NCBI GenBank assembly: GCA_016779525.1
Contig: JADHNL010000003.1
Coordinates: 1-56,533 of the forward strand
DNA: 56,533 nt
From: SAR86 cluster bacterium
Lineage (GTDB): Bacteria; Pseudomonadota; Gammaproteobacteria; Magnimaribacterales; TMED112
Reading direction: 5' to 3'
How positions within the stretch are numbered: the stretch's first letter is position 1; every line of letters begins with the position of its first letter. A program made the translations under genes and the position numbers. Positions 19,686 through 28,507 of this stretch are shown here, one piece after another. A model generated the notes under the pieces. That model was not told the DNA's origin, made no database searches, and saw only the letters and a list, made by a program, of their open reading frames with translations.

Positions 19686-20007
19686 GAGTTGGTCGAGCTA
19701 TCGCTTAATATTTAAGAGGAAAGTCCGGACTTCATAGAGCAAGGTGCCAGCTAACAGCTGGGAAGCGTGAGCTTACGGAAAGTGCAACAGAAAAAATACC
19801 GCCACTTTGGTAAGGGTGAAAAGGTAAGGTAAGAGCTTACCGCACATACGAAAGTTTGTGGCAGTGAAAACCCCACCTGAAGCAATGCCAAGTAGAGATT
19901 AAATTGTGTTGCTCGCACATAATCAGGGTAGGCAGCAAGAATGATGTGGCGACACATCATCTAGATAAATGATAGCTGAAAACAGAATCCGGCTTATAGA
20001 CCAACTC
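19686..20007 (+). ncRNA. rnpB: RNase P RNA, bacterial type A, compact (about 322 nt)
   Basis: GAGGAAAGTCCGG and ACAGAATCCGGCTTA (P4 strands), GAAAGTGCAACAG, and P1 pairing of GAGTTGGTC with GACCAACTC; follows rsmI. Confidence 0.98.
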
Positions 20008-20031
20008 AATTCTCTAATCTAGAATTTAGAT

Positions 20032-21126
20032 ATGACTTGGCAAATACTTGAAGCAAACTATGAGCAAGCAAAAATAGCCGTAATTGGCATTGGCGGCGGC
20101 GGCGGAAATGCTATTCAACATATGATCAATTCAGGTATCCAGGGTGTTGAATTTATATGTGCAAATACAGATTCACAAGCACTAAGCATAATTAATAATG
20201 CTAAAACAATTAAGTTAGGAAATAACTTAACCAAGGGATTAGGAGCTGGCAATAATCCGGAAATTGGAAAACAAGCAACAGAATTAAGCCGTGAAGATAT
20301 AATTGATCATCTTTCAAATACAGAAATGTTATTTATAGCAGCTGGAATGGGTGGAGGCACAGGAACAGGAGGTGCTCCAGTGATTGCAAAAATTGCTAAG
20401 GAATTAAATATTTTAACAGTTGCAGTGGTAACAACTCCCTTCAAAACAGAGGGCGAGAAAAGAGCAAACCAAGCTAAATTAGGGATATCAAGTCTGATTG
20501 AAAGTGTTGACTCGCTCATTGAGGTTGATAACGAAAGAGTCTTTGACATCTTCCCACCAGAAACACCAATAGAGAAAGCGTTTAACGAAGTTAATGATGT
20601 TTTGATGAATGCAGTAAAAGGTGTGGCAAATATAGTCTTAAAGCCATCAAAAATTAATGTTGATTTTGCAGACGTTCTCTCTGTGATGTCTCAACAGGGT
20701 ATGGCATTGATGGGTTACGGTTCTGCGTCTGGAAATGAAAGAGCATCAAAGGCAATTTCTAAAGCACTCAATAATCCTTTTTTTGATAGAAAAGAGGTTA
20801 AAAATGCTAAGGGTCTTTTGGTAAATGTATGTGCTTCATCAAGCATTACTCAAAAAGAGCTTAAAGATATTTTAGAGGAGGCATCGTCTATAGGTCAGGA
20901 TGGGGTTGAAGCAATCCCAGGATTGACTATTGATGAATCGTTTGGTGATTCAATTAGTGTCATCATCATTGCTACTGGGTTGAGAAGGTTTAATTTAGGA
21001 GATTTTCAAAGACCAAAAGTTTTCTCAACAACCTCTAATATGGAAAATATAAAGAGTGAATATATTGATTTGGATTTAATAAATAAAGCAGATCTAAAGG
21101 CAGCATTAGGGAGATTAAAAAATTAA
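20032..21126 (+). CDS. ftsZ: cell division GTPase FtsZ
   Basis: GGGGGNA, ANTD, GLGAG, GMGGGTGTG tubulin signature, INVDFAD T7 loop. Confidence 0.98.
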   Translation: MTWQILEANYEQAKIAVIGIGGGGGNAIQHMINSGIQGVEFICANTDSQALSIINNAKTIKLGNNLTKGLGAGNNPEIGKQATELSREDIIDHLSNTEMLFIAAGMGGGTGTGGAPVIAKIAKELNILTVAVVTTPFKTEGEKRANQAKLGISSLIESVDSLIEVDNERVFDIFPPETPIEKAFNEVNDVLMNAVKGVANIVLKPSKINVDFADVLSVMSQQGMALMGYGSASGNERASKAISKALNNPFFDRKEVKNAKGLLVNVCASSSITQKELKDILEEASSIGQDGVEAIPGLTIDESFGDSISVIIIATGLRRFNLGDFQRPKVFSTTSNMENIKSEYIDLDLINKADLKAALGRLKN

Positions 21127-22015
21127 ACATGTTCCAGTCATGTTTCAAGAGGCTTTAGATAGCCTTGTAAATGATGTTGATGGAAAATATGTTGATTGCA
21201 CTTTTGGGCAAGGGGGGCATTCAAGGGGTATTTTAAGCCTACTATCTACCAAAGGAGCACTTGCTTCATTTGATTTAGATGAGCTTGCTGAAATTGAAGC
21301 TAAGAAAATTAAAAATCCAAATTTCACCTTCCATAAAACCAACTTTAAAAATATAGCAGATCATTTTAATGATAATGAGCTTGATGGCATTCTTATTGAC
21401 TGCGGCGTTTCATCTCCTCAGATTGATGAACCCAAGAGAGGTTTCAGTTTTATGAAGGATGGACCGCTAGATATGCGATTTGGAGAACAGCTACAAATGT
21501 CATGCGAAAGCATTGTAAACAACTATCCATATGAGGAATTAGTAAGAATTTTTAAAGAATATGGCGAAGAGATTGAATCTAAGAGAATAGCAAGAGAAAT
21601 TATAGCTAAAAGAGAGCAAGATAGAATTGTTTCAACCAAACAGTTATCTAGCCTTATAGAAAACGTAAAAAAAATCAAAACAAAAAAAAATCCAGCTACT
21701 AAGGTATTCCAAGCACTGAGAATAGAAGTTAATCAGGAGCTTGATAATTTAAAAATTTGTCTTGATAACGCAAAACGGCTGTTAAAAAAGAATGGGAAGC
21801 TGGTTGTTATTTCTTTCCATTCTCTCGAAGATCGGATCGTAAAGAATTCTTTTAAAATGGAACACTACCTTCATGAAAAAGACCTACCATTGATTAACGA
21901 AAAGGTGCAAAAAAAGGAATTTTTAGTAAGCAGTGTGATAACACCGGATGAATGTGAATTGGCTTCAAATGTAAGATCAAGAAGTGCAAAAATGAGAGTA
22001 GTGACAAAATTATGA
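21122..22015 (+). CDS. rsmH: 16S rRNA m4C1402 methyltransferase (MraW); start probably ATT 21122, first ATG at 21140
   Basis: DCTFGQGGHS, GVSSPQID, RGFSF, GPLDMR, FQALRI, SFHSLEDR, RSRSAKMR. The conserved HVPV motif lies upstream of the first ATG. Confidence 0.96.
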   Translation: MKHVPVMFQEALDSLVNDVDGKYVDCTFGQGGHSRGILSLLSTKGALASFDLDELAEIEAKKIKNPNFTFHKTNFKNIADHFNDNELDGILIDCGVSSPQIDEPKRGFSFMKDGPLDMRFGEQLQMSCESIVNNYPYEELVRIFKEYGEEIESKRIAREIIAKREQDRIVSTKQLSSLIENVKKIKTKKNPATKVFQALRIEVNQELDNLKICLDNAKRLLKKNGKLVVISFHSLEDRIVKNSFKMEHYLHEKDLPLINEKVQKKEFLVSSVITPDECELASNVRSRSAKMRVVTKL

Positions 22016-22263
22016 ACAATACAAGAGCATTCTTTTTGGTACTGATGTTTTTGTTGGGAGCATCGGCCTTTACAAAAGCTAAACTTGTATTTGAATATAA
22101 AAGACAATTCTTATACCTGGCACAAATCCAAAATAAGATAGATGAGCTTCAAAATGAAAATACAAAGTTAAATCTTGAACTTTCTTTACTTAAGTCATAT
22201 CCATATGTTTTGCAATCTGCAGCAAGCTTAGGTATGAAGAGAATAGAGCAGATCAATGAATAA
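22012..22263 (+). CDS. ftsL: cell division protein FtsL
   Basis: 83 aa with TM helix, leucine coiled coil and A..LGM C-terminus, between rsmH and ftsI. Confidence 0.82.
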   Translation: MNNTRAFFLVLMFLLGASAFTKAKLVFEYKRQFLYLAQIQNKIDELQNENTKLNLELSLLKSYPYVLQSAASLGMKRIEQINE

Positions 22264-23842
22264 AATCAGATTCATTTTTGCAGTTGCATTGTTTCTTTTA
22301 GTGACTCCGTTTTATAAATTCTTTGAGCTTGGTCAAGATAAAGATAGATTTTTAGTTGCAGGAAAATCAAGATCTCAGTTTAATGAAACAATTAATCTTC
22401 CACGAAAAAAAATTCTAGACAGAAATGGGAATGAGCTAGCTGTCAGTATCCTTAGATCAACTTTGCTTTTTAGATCAGCAGAAGAAAAAGATCTTGGACT
22501 AACTTATGCGAAAACAGTTAATGAACCCATTTTTTTATTTAATTCAAAAAGAATTTATTTTGAAAATCAGCTAACTCCAGAATTTATCAAAGAACTAAAA
22601 GAGTTTTGTGATTGCTTTGTAATATCAGAGCCGATATATAGGAGATACTATCCCTATGGCAGCATTATAAGCCCTCTAATTGGTTTTTCTGGAATCAGCG
22701 GAGGATTAGAGGGTCTAGAAAGATCTTTTGATGCATCGCTTATGTCGGATCAAAGAAGTTTAAATTTTTTTCGAGATGCTAAGGGGCGAAGAGTTAAAGG
22801 CGACCTCAAGAATTTTATTGAAAGATCAAGTCAAAGTGATCTAACTTTAACTGTTGATATAAATTTACAATTCAAGCTTTTCGAGGAATTAAAAAAAACA
22901 ATTTCGGCTGCATCAGCAAAAGGGGGGTTTGCAGTCATTATGGATGCTAATAATGGAGCTCTTCTAGCCCTTGCGAATTATCCTACATTTAACCCCAACA
23001 GGTCTGATAGAGTTGTCCATAGAAACTTATTATTTGATGAGTATTTAGAGCCAGGCTCACTTATTAAGCCTATAACAATTGCAGGTGCTTTTAGTAATGG
23101 GATAATAAGTGAAGACTCTTTAATTGATACTAATCCTGGATATATCAATTTATCTGGCTTCAAAAGAGGTGAAGCAGGAGGAAAAAATCATGGGGTATTA
23201 AGTCCCTCTGAAATTATTTCAAACTCTTCTCAAGTGGGGATAGCAAAAATTTCCATCATGCTATCTAGGGATCAAATTATTGCAAATCTTAGAGATTTTG
23301 GTATTGGCAAAGGGTTGGATTTAAATTGGTATGGAATTGATTCCAGTTTTTTGTACGATAGTCCAATTCTTTATGATATTGATAAAGCTTCTTTGGGATA
23401 TGGTTATTTATTGCGGGCGAATATTGTGCAGATAGCAAGAGCATATTCTGCATTTGCAAATAACGGAGAGATAGTTGAGCCAAGAATTACCATCGATCAA
23501 GCAGTTAGAAAATCAAAAGCAATAGATAGTAAAACCGCCAAATATATTTTAGCTTCCTTAAGATCAACTGTCTTGGAAGGAACTGCTAACAAAGTTTCAG
23601 ACTCAATTGTAAGCATCGCTGGAAAGACAGGGACTACTGAAAAATATATTGTTGGAAATGGCTATACCCCAGGTAAATACATTTCAAGTTTTGCTTCTAT
23701 TTTCCCTTATGAGAACCCAAAATATATAATGGTTGTTTCTATTGATGAGCCTGATCCTAATAATTATTTTGGTGGCGATATTTCAGCTCCACTTGTTGCC
23801 ACTTTAGCGGAACACATGCTGATTAATGGCTATATAAAATAA
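22256..23842 (+). CDS. ftsI: peptidoglycan transpeptidase FtsI (PBP3)
   Basis: ILDRNG, RYYPYG, GLEGLE, LTVD, EPGSLIK (SxxK), GYG and GKTGT; dcw position. Confidence 0.95.
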   Translation: MNKIRFIFAVALFLLVTPFYKFFELGQDKDRFLVAGKSRSQFNETINLPRKKILDRNGNELAVSILRSTLLFRSAEEKDLGLTYAKTVNEPIFLFNSKRIYFENQLTPEFIKELKEFCDCFVISEPIYRRYYPYGSIISPLIGFSGISGGLEGLERSFDASLMSDQRSLNFFRDAKGRRVKGDLKNFIERSSQSDLTLTVDINLQFKLFEELKKTISAASAKGGFAVIMDANNGALLALANYPTFNPNRSDRVVHRNLLFDEYLEPGSLIKPITIAGAFSNGIISEDSLIDTNPGYINLSGFKRGEAGGKNHGVLSPSEIISNSSQVGIAKISIMLSRDQIIANLRDFGIGKGLDLNWYGIDSSFLYDSPILYDIDKASLGYGYLLRANIVQIARAYSAFANNGEIVEPRITIDQAVRKSKAIDSKTAKYILASLRSTVLEGTANKVSDSIVSIAGKTGTTEKYIVGNGYTPGKYISSFASIFPYENPKYIMVVSIDEPDPNNYFGGDISAPLVATLAEHMLINGYIK

Positions 23843-23855
23843 GTTTCAAGTAATT

Positions 23856-25220
23856 ATGATTTATGTAGATCATTCTAATGACATAGAGCAAGACTCTATT
23901 TTCATATCAATTAATGGTGGGCACAAATACCTTTCCCCTAAAGAAATTCAATTAGTATCTGAAATCTGGTCTTCAGAACCTTTAACAATTAATTCCGATA
24001 AAACAAAAGTAATTCCAGATTTAGGCTCTAAAGTGCTACAAATTATAGAAAGTAATTATGAGCTAGCACTAAAGAATTTTGAAAATTTTTTTATAACAGG
24101 CACAAATGGCAAAACAACATCTGCTCAACTTGTATCACAAATACTAAACCTAAATAACATAAGCAATGGTGTAATGGGAACATTAGGTAGTTATATAAAT
24201 GGTGAAAGTATTGCCTCTCAAAGATTAACTACAGAAACGCCTATATTCATTAGAAATTTCCTGAAAAAATGTTGCGATAGAAATGTGACAAAAATTATTT
24301 ATGAAGCCTCATCAATTGGTATTGCAAACAAAAGGCTCGAGGGATTAAGCATTGATCATTCTGGCTTTACCAACTTCACTAGGGATCATTTAGATTACCA
24401 TAAAAATATGCCAAATTATCTAAAAGCAAAATTAGAGCTAGTAGAAAATACAAAGAATTCTTTCACATATAATCTCGATGATGATAGTTCAAATAATTGG
24501 ATCAAAGCTTTTGCTGGTGAGAATAAATTTTCTATTTCAAGCATTAAGCCAAGTGCTGATATTTTCTTTTCAGTGAGAAAAATATGTAGTGATGGAAAGG
24601 TTGTATTTGATATAAATAGTCCATGGGGTTCTTCAGAGGGCTACGCCCCAGTCTTCACAGACTTTAATTTACTTAATATTTTAATTGGACTGCCATTTTT
24701 AATGCACCAAGGGCTAGCATTCGATTCATTCATATCCTCTCTGAGCTCAATAAGTTTGCCTGCTGGTAGACAGAAGCTAATAAAATACAAATCCAATAAA
24801 ATTTTTATTGATCATGCCCACACCCCTGATGCAGTGGAAAAGCTTTTATTTGGACTGTCTAAATTGGAGTCTTTAAAAACAACATTAATTATTGGAGCAG
24901 GCGGGAATAGAGATCATGGTAAACGTTCATTAATGGGTAGCGTTTCATCAAAATTTGCAAACCACATAATTATCACCTCTGATAACCCTAGAGAAGAAGA
25001 TCCACAACTAATTGCAGATATGATTGCAGAAGGAATAGAAGAAACAGTTTCTTTTGAAGTAATATTGGACCGAGATAAAGCAATTGCAAAAGCAATAAAA
25101 CAGTTAACTTGCAATGAGACATTAGTAATAATTGGGAAAGGGCACGAAGATTATCAAATTATTGGAGATAAAAGGGTTCACTTCTCAGATGAAGAGGAAG
25201 TAAATAAATGTATTACGTAG
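23856..25220 (+). CDS. murE: UDP-MurNAc-tripeptide ligase (meso-DAP type)
   Basis: TGTNGKTT, TNFTRDHLDYH, DHAHTPD, SDNPR (DAP specificity motif), GKGHE. Confidence 0.96.
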   Translation: MIYVDHSNDIEQDSIFISINGGHKYLSPKEIQLVSEIWSSEPLTINSDKTKVIPDLGSKVLQIIESNYELALKNFENFFITGTNGKTTSAQLVSQILNLNNISNGVMGTLGSYINGESIASQRLTTETPIFIRNFLKKCCDRNVTKIIYEASSIGIANKRLEGLSIDHSGFTNFTRDHLDYHKNMPNYLKAKLELVENTKNSFTYNLDDDSSNNWIKAFAGENKFSISSIKPSADIFFSVRKICSDGKVVFDINSPWGSSEGYAPVFTDFNLLNILIGLPFLMHQGLAFDSFISSLSSISLPAGRQKLIKYKSNKIFIDHAHTPDAVEKLLFGLSKLESLKTTLIIGAGGNRDHGKRSLMGSVSSKFANHIIITSDNPREEDPQLIADMIAEGIEETVSFEVILDRDKAIAKAIKQLTCNETLVIIGKGHEDYQIIGDKRVHFSDEEEVNKCIT

Positions 25221-26365
25221 CAGGATTAAAATCAAAAAATGAATATGCAAAGTTCCTTCAAGGCGATACAACAGGAAAAGATATTGCCATTGATGGCATA
25301 TCATTTGATTCTAGAACTGTCAAAAAAAATGAATTATTCATACCTCTAGAAGGAAAAAATTTTTCTGGTTCCTCATTTGTTGATGAAGCAATAAGGAAAG
25401 GTGCCGTTGTTTTATCAAATGCATGCCATTCAAATAACTGTATCCAGGTAGAGGATATTTACTCTTCTTTAATTATGTTGTGTCAGAAACACATTGAAGA
25501 GCTGGGAGTCAAATTAATTTTGATAACTGGAAGTTATGGCAAGACAACAATAAAAGATATGTTGAGACATTCTATTGGCTCTGCATGCCATACAAATAAA
25601 TTAAACGAAAATAATGAATTTGGCATTCCTTTTACAATTTTGAGTTGCAATCCACATTCTGATTATTTAGTTGTAGAATGCGGAGCAAGAAATATAGGTG
25701 ATTTTGATTATCTTGCAGAGCATCTTAAATCTGATGTCTTTATTTTGACAGATGTTGCTGCAGTGCATCTTGAGACTTTTAGAACCATAAAGAATATCGA
25801 AAAAACAAAGCTCACACTAAAGAAAACACTTAAGGAAAAGAGTATTTTTATTGATGGAAGAAAGCTTAATCATCTAAATTATCAAGAAAAAAATAATCAT
25901 ATCGTTGAGAGCGTGATTAGCAAGTTACATATTGCTACAGAGAAGAATATAAATAGCTATCAACCATCAGCAGGCCGAGGGAAAATCATTAAAATCATGG
26001 GGGGCAGCATAATTGATCAAACATATAATTCCAGTCCCAGCACATTAATTGCAACAGTGACTCCTTATAGCAATAAAAACACCTCATTGATTTTAGGAGA
26101 TATGGCTGAGCTTGGAGAGTCTGAGTTAGATGATCATGTAAAGGTTCTCGATCATTTTCATGAGTACAAAGTTTGGGTTACTGGGCCAATATTTAAGCAG
26201 GCTGTTGCTAAAACAAAGTCAAAAAATGTTATTTATTTTGAAAACGAGAAAGAATTTCCCACAGCTGCATTTCGATTATTATTGCAAAATAATGAAAATT
26301 TATATTTTAAAGGCTCGCGATCATCTAAAATGGAAAGATTCATTAAACTTTTGCTAAATGATTGA
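25208..26365 (+). CDS. murF: UDP-MurNAc-pentapeptide ligase (short)
   Basis: DSR, TGSYGKTT, NNEFGIP, HLE, LGDMAELG, KGSRSSKME. Confidence 0.92.
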   Translation: MYYVAGLKSKNEYAKFLQGDTTGKDIAIDGISFDSRTVKKNELFIPLEGKNFSGSSFVDEAIRKGAVVLSNACHSNNCIQVEDIYSSLIMLCQKHIEELGVKLILITGSYGKTTIKDMLRHSIGSACHTNKLNENNEFGIPFTILSCNPHSDYLVVECGARNIGDFDYLAEHLKSDVFILTDVAAVHLETFRTIKNIEKTKLTLKKTLKEKSIFIDGRKLNHLNYQEKNNHIVESVISKLHIATEKNINSYQPSAGRGKIIKIMGGSIIDQTYNSSPSTLIATVTPYSNKNTSLILGDMAELGESELDDHVKVLDHFHEYKVWVTGPIFKQAVAKTKSKNVIYFENEKEFPTAAFRLLLQNNENLYFKGSRSSKMERFIKLLLND

Positions 26366-27440
26366 ATATTTATTGGACTTTTCCCCTGTAAGTGATGGTG
26401 TTTTTAATGTTTTAACTTACTTGTCTTCTCGAACCATAATTTCTACTCTTACAGGATTATTTGTTGTACTTTTTTTTGGCGACAGGTTCATCTCCCTAAT
26501 TAAAAATATTCAATTTAACCAAAGTTTTGATGGAAGAGCTCCAGAAACACATCGTCATAAAGATGGCACTCCGACAATGGGAGGGCTATTGATAGTCGGA
26601 AGTGTAATTCTTTCGGGTTTACTTTGGGGTGATCTCTCAAATAAATATGTATTATTGGGGTTATTTTGCCTTATTTCTTTCGCAGGCATCGGGGTTGTCG
26701 ATGATTATAAAAAGATTAAAGACCCAGGCTCAAAGGGACTTTCTTCTTCAACGAAGATATTTTATCAGATAATTTTTGCTTCAATTATTGCTCTTACCCT
26801 TTATATGAGTGCTAAGGTTCCAAATGAAACAACATATATCGTTCCTTTTTTTAAAGATGTAATTTTAGACTTTGGAATTGTGTTTGTGCTTATTTCAATC
26901 TTTATTATTATAGGCAGCTCTAATGCAGTAAACCTTACTGATGGTTTGGACGGCCTTGCAATACTCCCAGTTATAATAATTACAATTGCACTTGGAATAA
27001 TTGCTTGGGCAGCAGGCAATACCATTACATCGGATTATCTATATATACCTTATTTAGAAACTACTGGGGAGCTATTAGTTCTTTGCGGCGCATTGGCTGG
27101 AGCAGGCATAGGTTTTTTGTGGTTTAACTCTTATCCTGCTCAAATTTTTATGGGGGATGTTGGGTCTTTATCAATGGGTGCTTTCATTGCTTTTATTGCG
27201 ATAGTTGTGCGACATGAAATAGTTTTTGCAGTTATGTCTGCTGTTTTTATCATGGAGGCAATGAGTGTGATTCTTCAAGTAAGTTCGTTTAAGCTCAGAA
27301 AAAAAAGAATCTTTAAAATGGCTCCAATTCACCATCATTTTGAATTAAGCGGATGGAAGGAGCCAAAAATTATTGTGCGTTTTTGGATCCTGACATTTAT
27401 TTTTGTATTGATAGGACTGTCATTGTTAAAAATACGATGA
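26358..27440 (+). CDS. mraY: phospho-MurNAc-pentapeptide transferase
   Basis: GTPTMGG, DDY, NAVNLTDGLDGLA, FMGDVGS, MAPIHHHFE. Confidence 0.99.
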   Translation: MIEYLLDFSPVSDGVFNVLTYLSSRTIISTLTGLFVVLFFGDRFISLIKNIQFNQSFDGRAPETHRHKDGTPTMGGLLIVGSVILSGLLWGDLSNKYVLLGLFCLISFAGIGVVDDYKKIKDPGSKGLSSSTKIFYQIIFASIIALTLYMSAKVPNETTYIVPFFKDVILDFGIVFVLISIFIIIGSSNAVNLTDGLDGLAILPVIIITIALGIIAWAAGNTITSDYLYIPYLETTGELLVLCGALAGAGIGFLWFNSYPAQIFMGDVGSLSMGAFIAFIAIVVRHEIVFAVMSAVFIMEAMSVILQVSSFKLRKKRIFKMAPIHHHFELSGWKEPKIIVRFWILTFIFVLIGLSLLKIR

Positions 27441-28507
27441 ATGAAAGACCGGTAATATTAGGCTATGGGCTTACAGGAAAATCATTTGAAAAGTTTCTAA
27501 TTAAAAGAAAATTAGAATATTTTTTATACGATGATAAGTACCCCCATAGCAGCAAATTCCTAGGAGTAAAAAATAAATTTATATCAAAATCTGAATTAGC
27601 AAAATTTGATACATTTTATGTTTCTCCTGGTTTCAATAAAAAAAAGCTAAATGAGCTTGGAGTATTAGATAAACATTTGCTTACAGATCTAGATATTTTT
27701 TTTAGGGTTAACGAATCATTTAAAATAGGAATAACTGGAACCAATGGTAAGAGCAGCCTTACACACTATCTTACGCAAATTTTAAATTGTAGATCTACAG
27801 CCATAAGTCTAGGGAACATTGGGAATCCCTTGCTGGAAAATCTTGACCACAAAAATAAATATAGCGTAATTGAACTATCCAGTTTTCAGCTTGAAAAAAT
27901 GGAAGAAAATGAGCTTAATCTATCTGTAATAACAAACATTTCAAAAGATCATATTGATTATCATGGAAACTTTGAGTCCTATAGATCATGCAAGTTTAAG
28001 ATTATGAAAACAAAAACATTTTTTTATAATGATGAATGTCAGCTTCAAGACTTTGCATTTTTGATTGCTAAATCATTGGAACCAGATACTAATAAAAAAT
28101 TAAAATTGGAGGAGCTGCCTTTTAGACTGCAACCAATTTCTAAAAATATTATTAATGATTCAAAATCTACGAATTCTTCATCTTTGTACTATGCTATTAA
28201 AAAGCTGAATTTTGCTGGTATTTTGATAATGTGTGGCAACCCAAACAAAGAGGATTATCAAAATCTAATCATTGATGGCCCAGCTAAGATTTTAATTTTT
28301 GGAAAACATAGGGAAGAGATAAAAAAAAGAATCATCCACAATAACATTGAGCTTTATAGTTCATTAGAATCACTAATCTCATCTTTGGATGTTAGCGATC
28401 AGATATTATTTTCTCCTGGCAATCCAAGTGGCGATGATTTTTCAAATTTCATGGAAAGAGGTGAGTATTTTTCCAAGATAATTGAGGTTCACTTTGATAA
28501 CAAATAA
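27437..28507 (+). CDS. murD: UDP-MurNAc-L-Ala-D-Glu ligase (short)
   Basis: GYGLTG, VSPG, TGTNGKS, GNIG, ELSSFQL, DHIDYH, NDSKSTN, FSPG. ATG 27437 overlaps the mraY stop (ATGA). Confidence 0.93.
   Translation: MNERPVILGYGLTGKSFEKFLIKRKLEYFLYDDKYPHSSKFLGVKNKFISKSELAKFDTFYVSPGFNKKKLNELGVLDKHLLTDLDIFFRVNESFKIGITGTNGKSSLTHYLTQILNCRSTAISLGNIGNPLLENLDHKNKYSVIELSSFQLEKMEENELNLSVITNISKDHIDYHGNFESYRSCKFKIMKTKTFFYNDECQLQDFAFLIAKSLEPDTNKKLKLEELPFRLQPISKNIINDSKSTNSSSLYYAIKKLNFAGILIMCGNPNKEDYQNLIIDGPAKILIFGKHREEIKKRIIHNNIELYSSLESLISSLDVSDQILFSPGNPSGDDFSNFMERGEYFSKIIEVHFDNK

Noticed and set aside
19751-19960. 69-aa minus-strand ORF
   Set aside because: It is antisense to the RNase P RNA and explained by that gene's higher GC content.
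21682-21690. A9 tract in rsmH and similar A/T homopolymers as phase-variation sites
   Set aside because: Reading frames are intact, the genes are housekeeping, and such runs are expected from Lys/Phe codons at this AT content.
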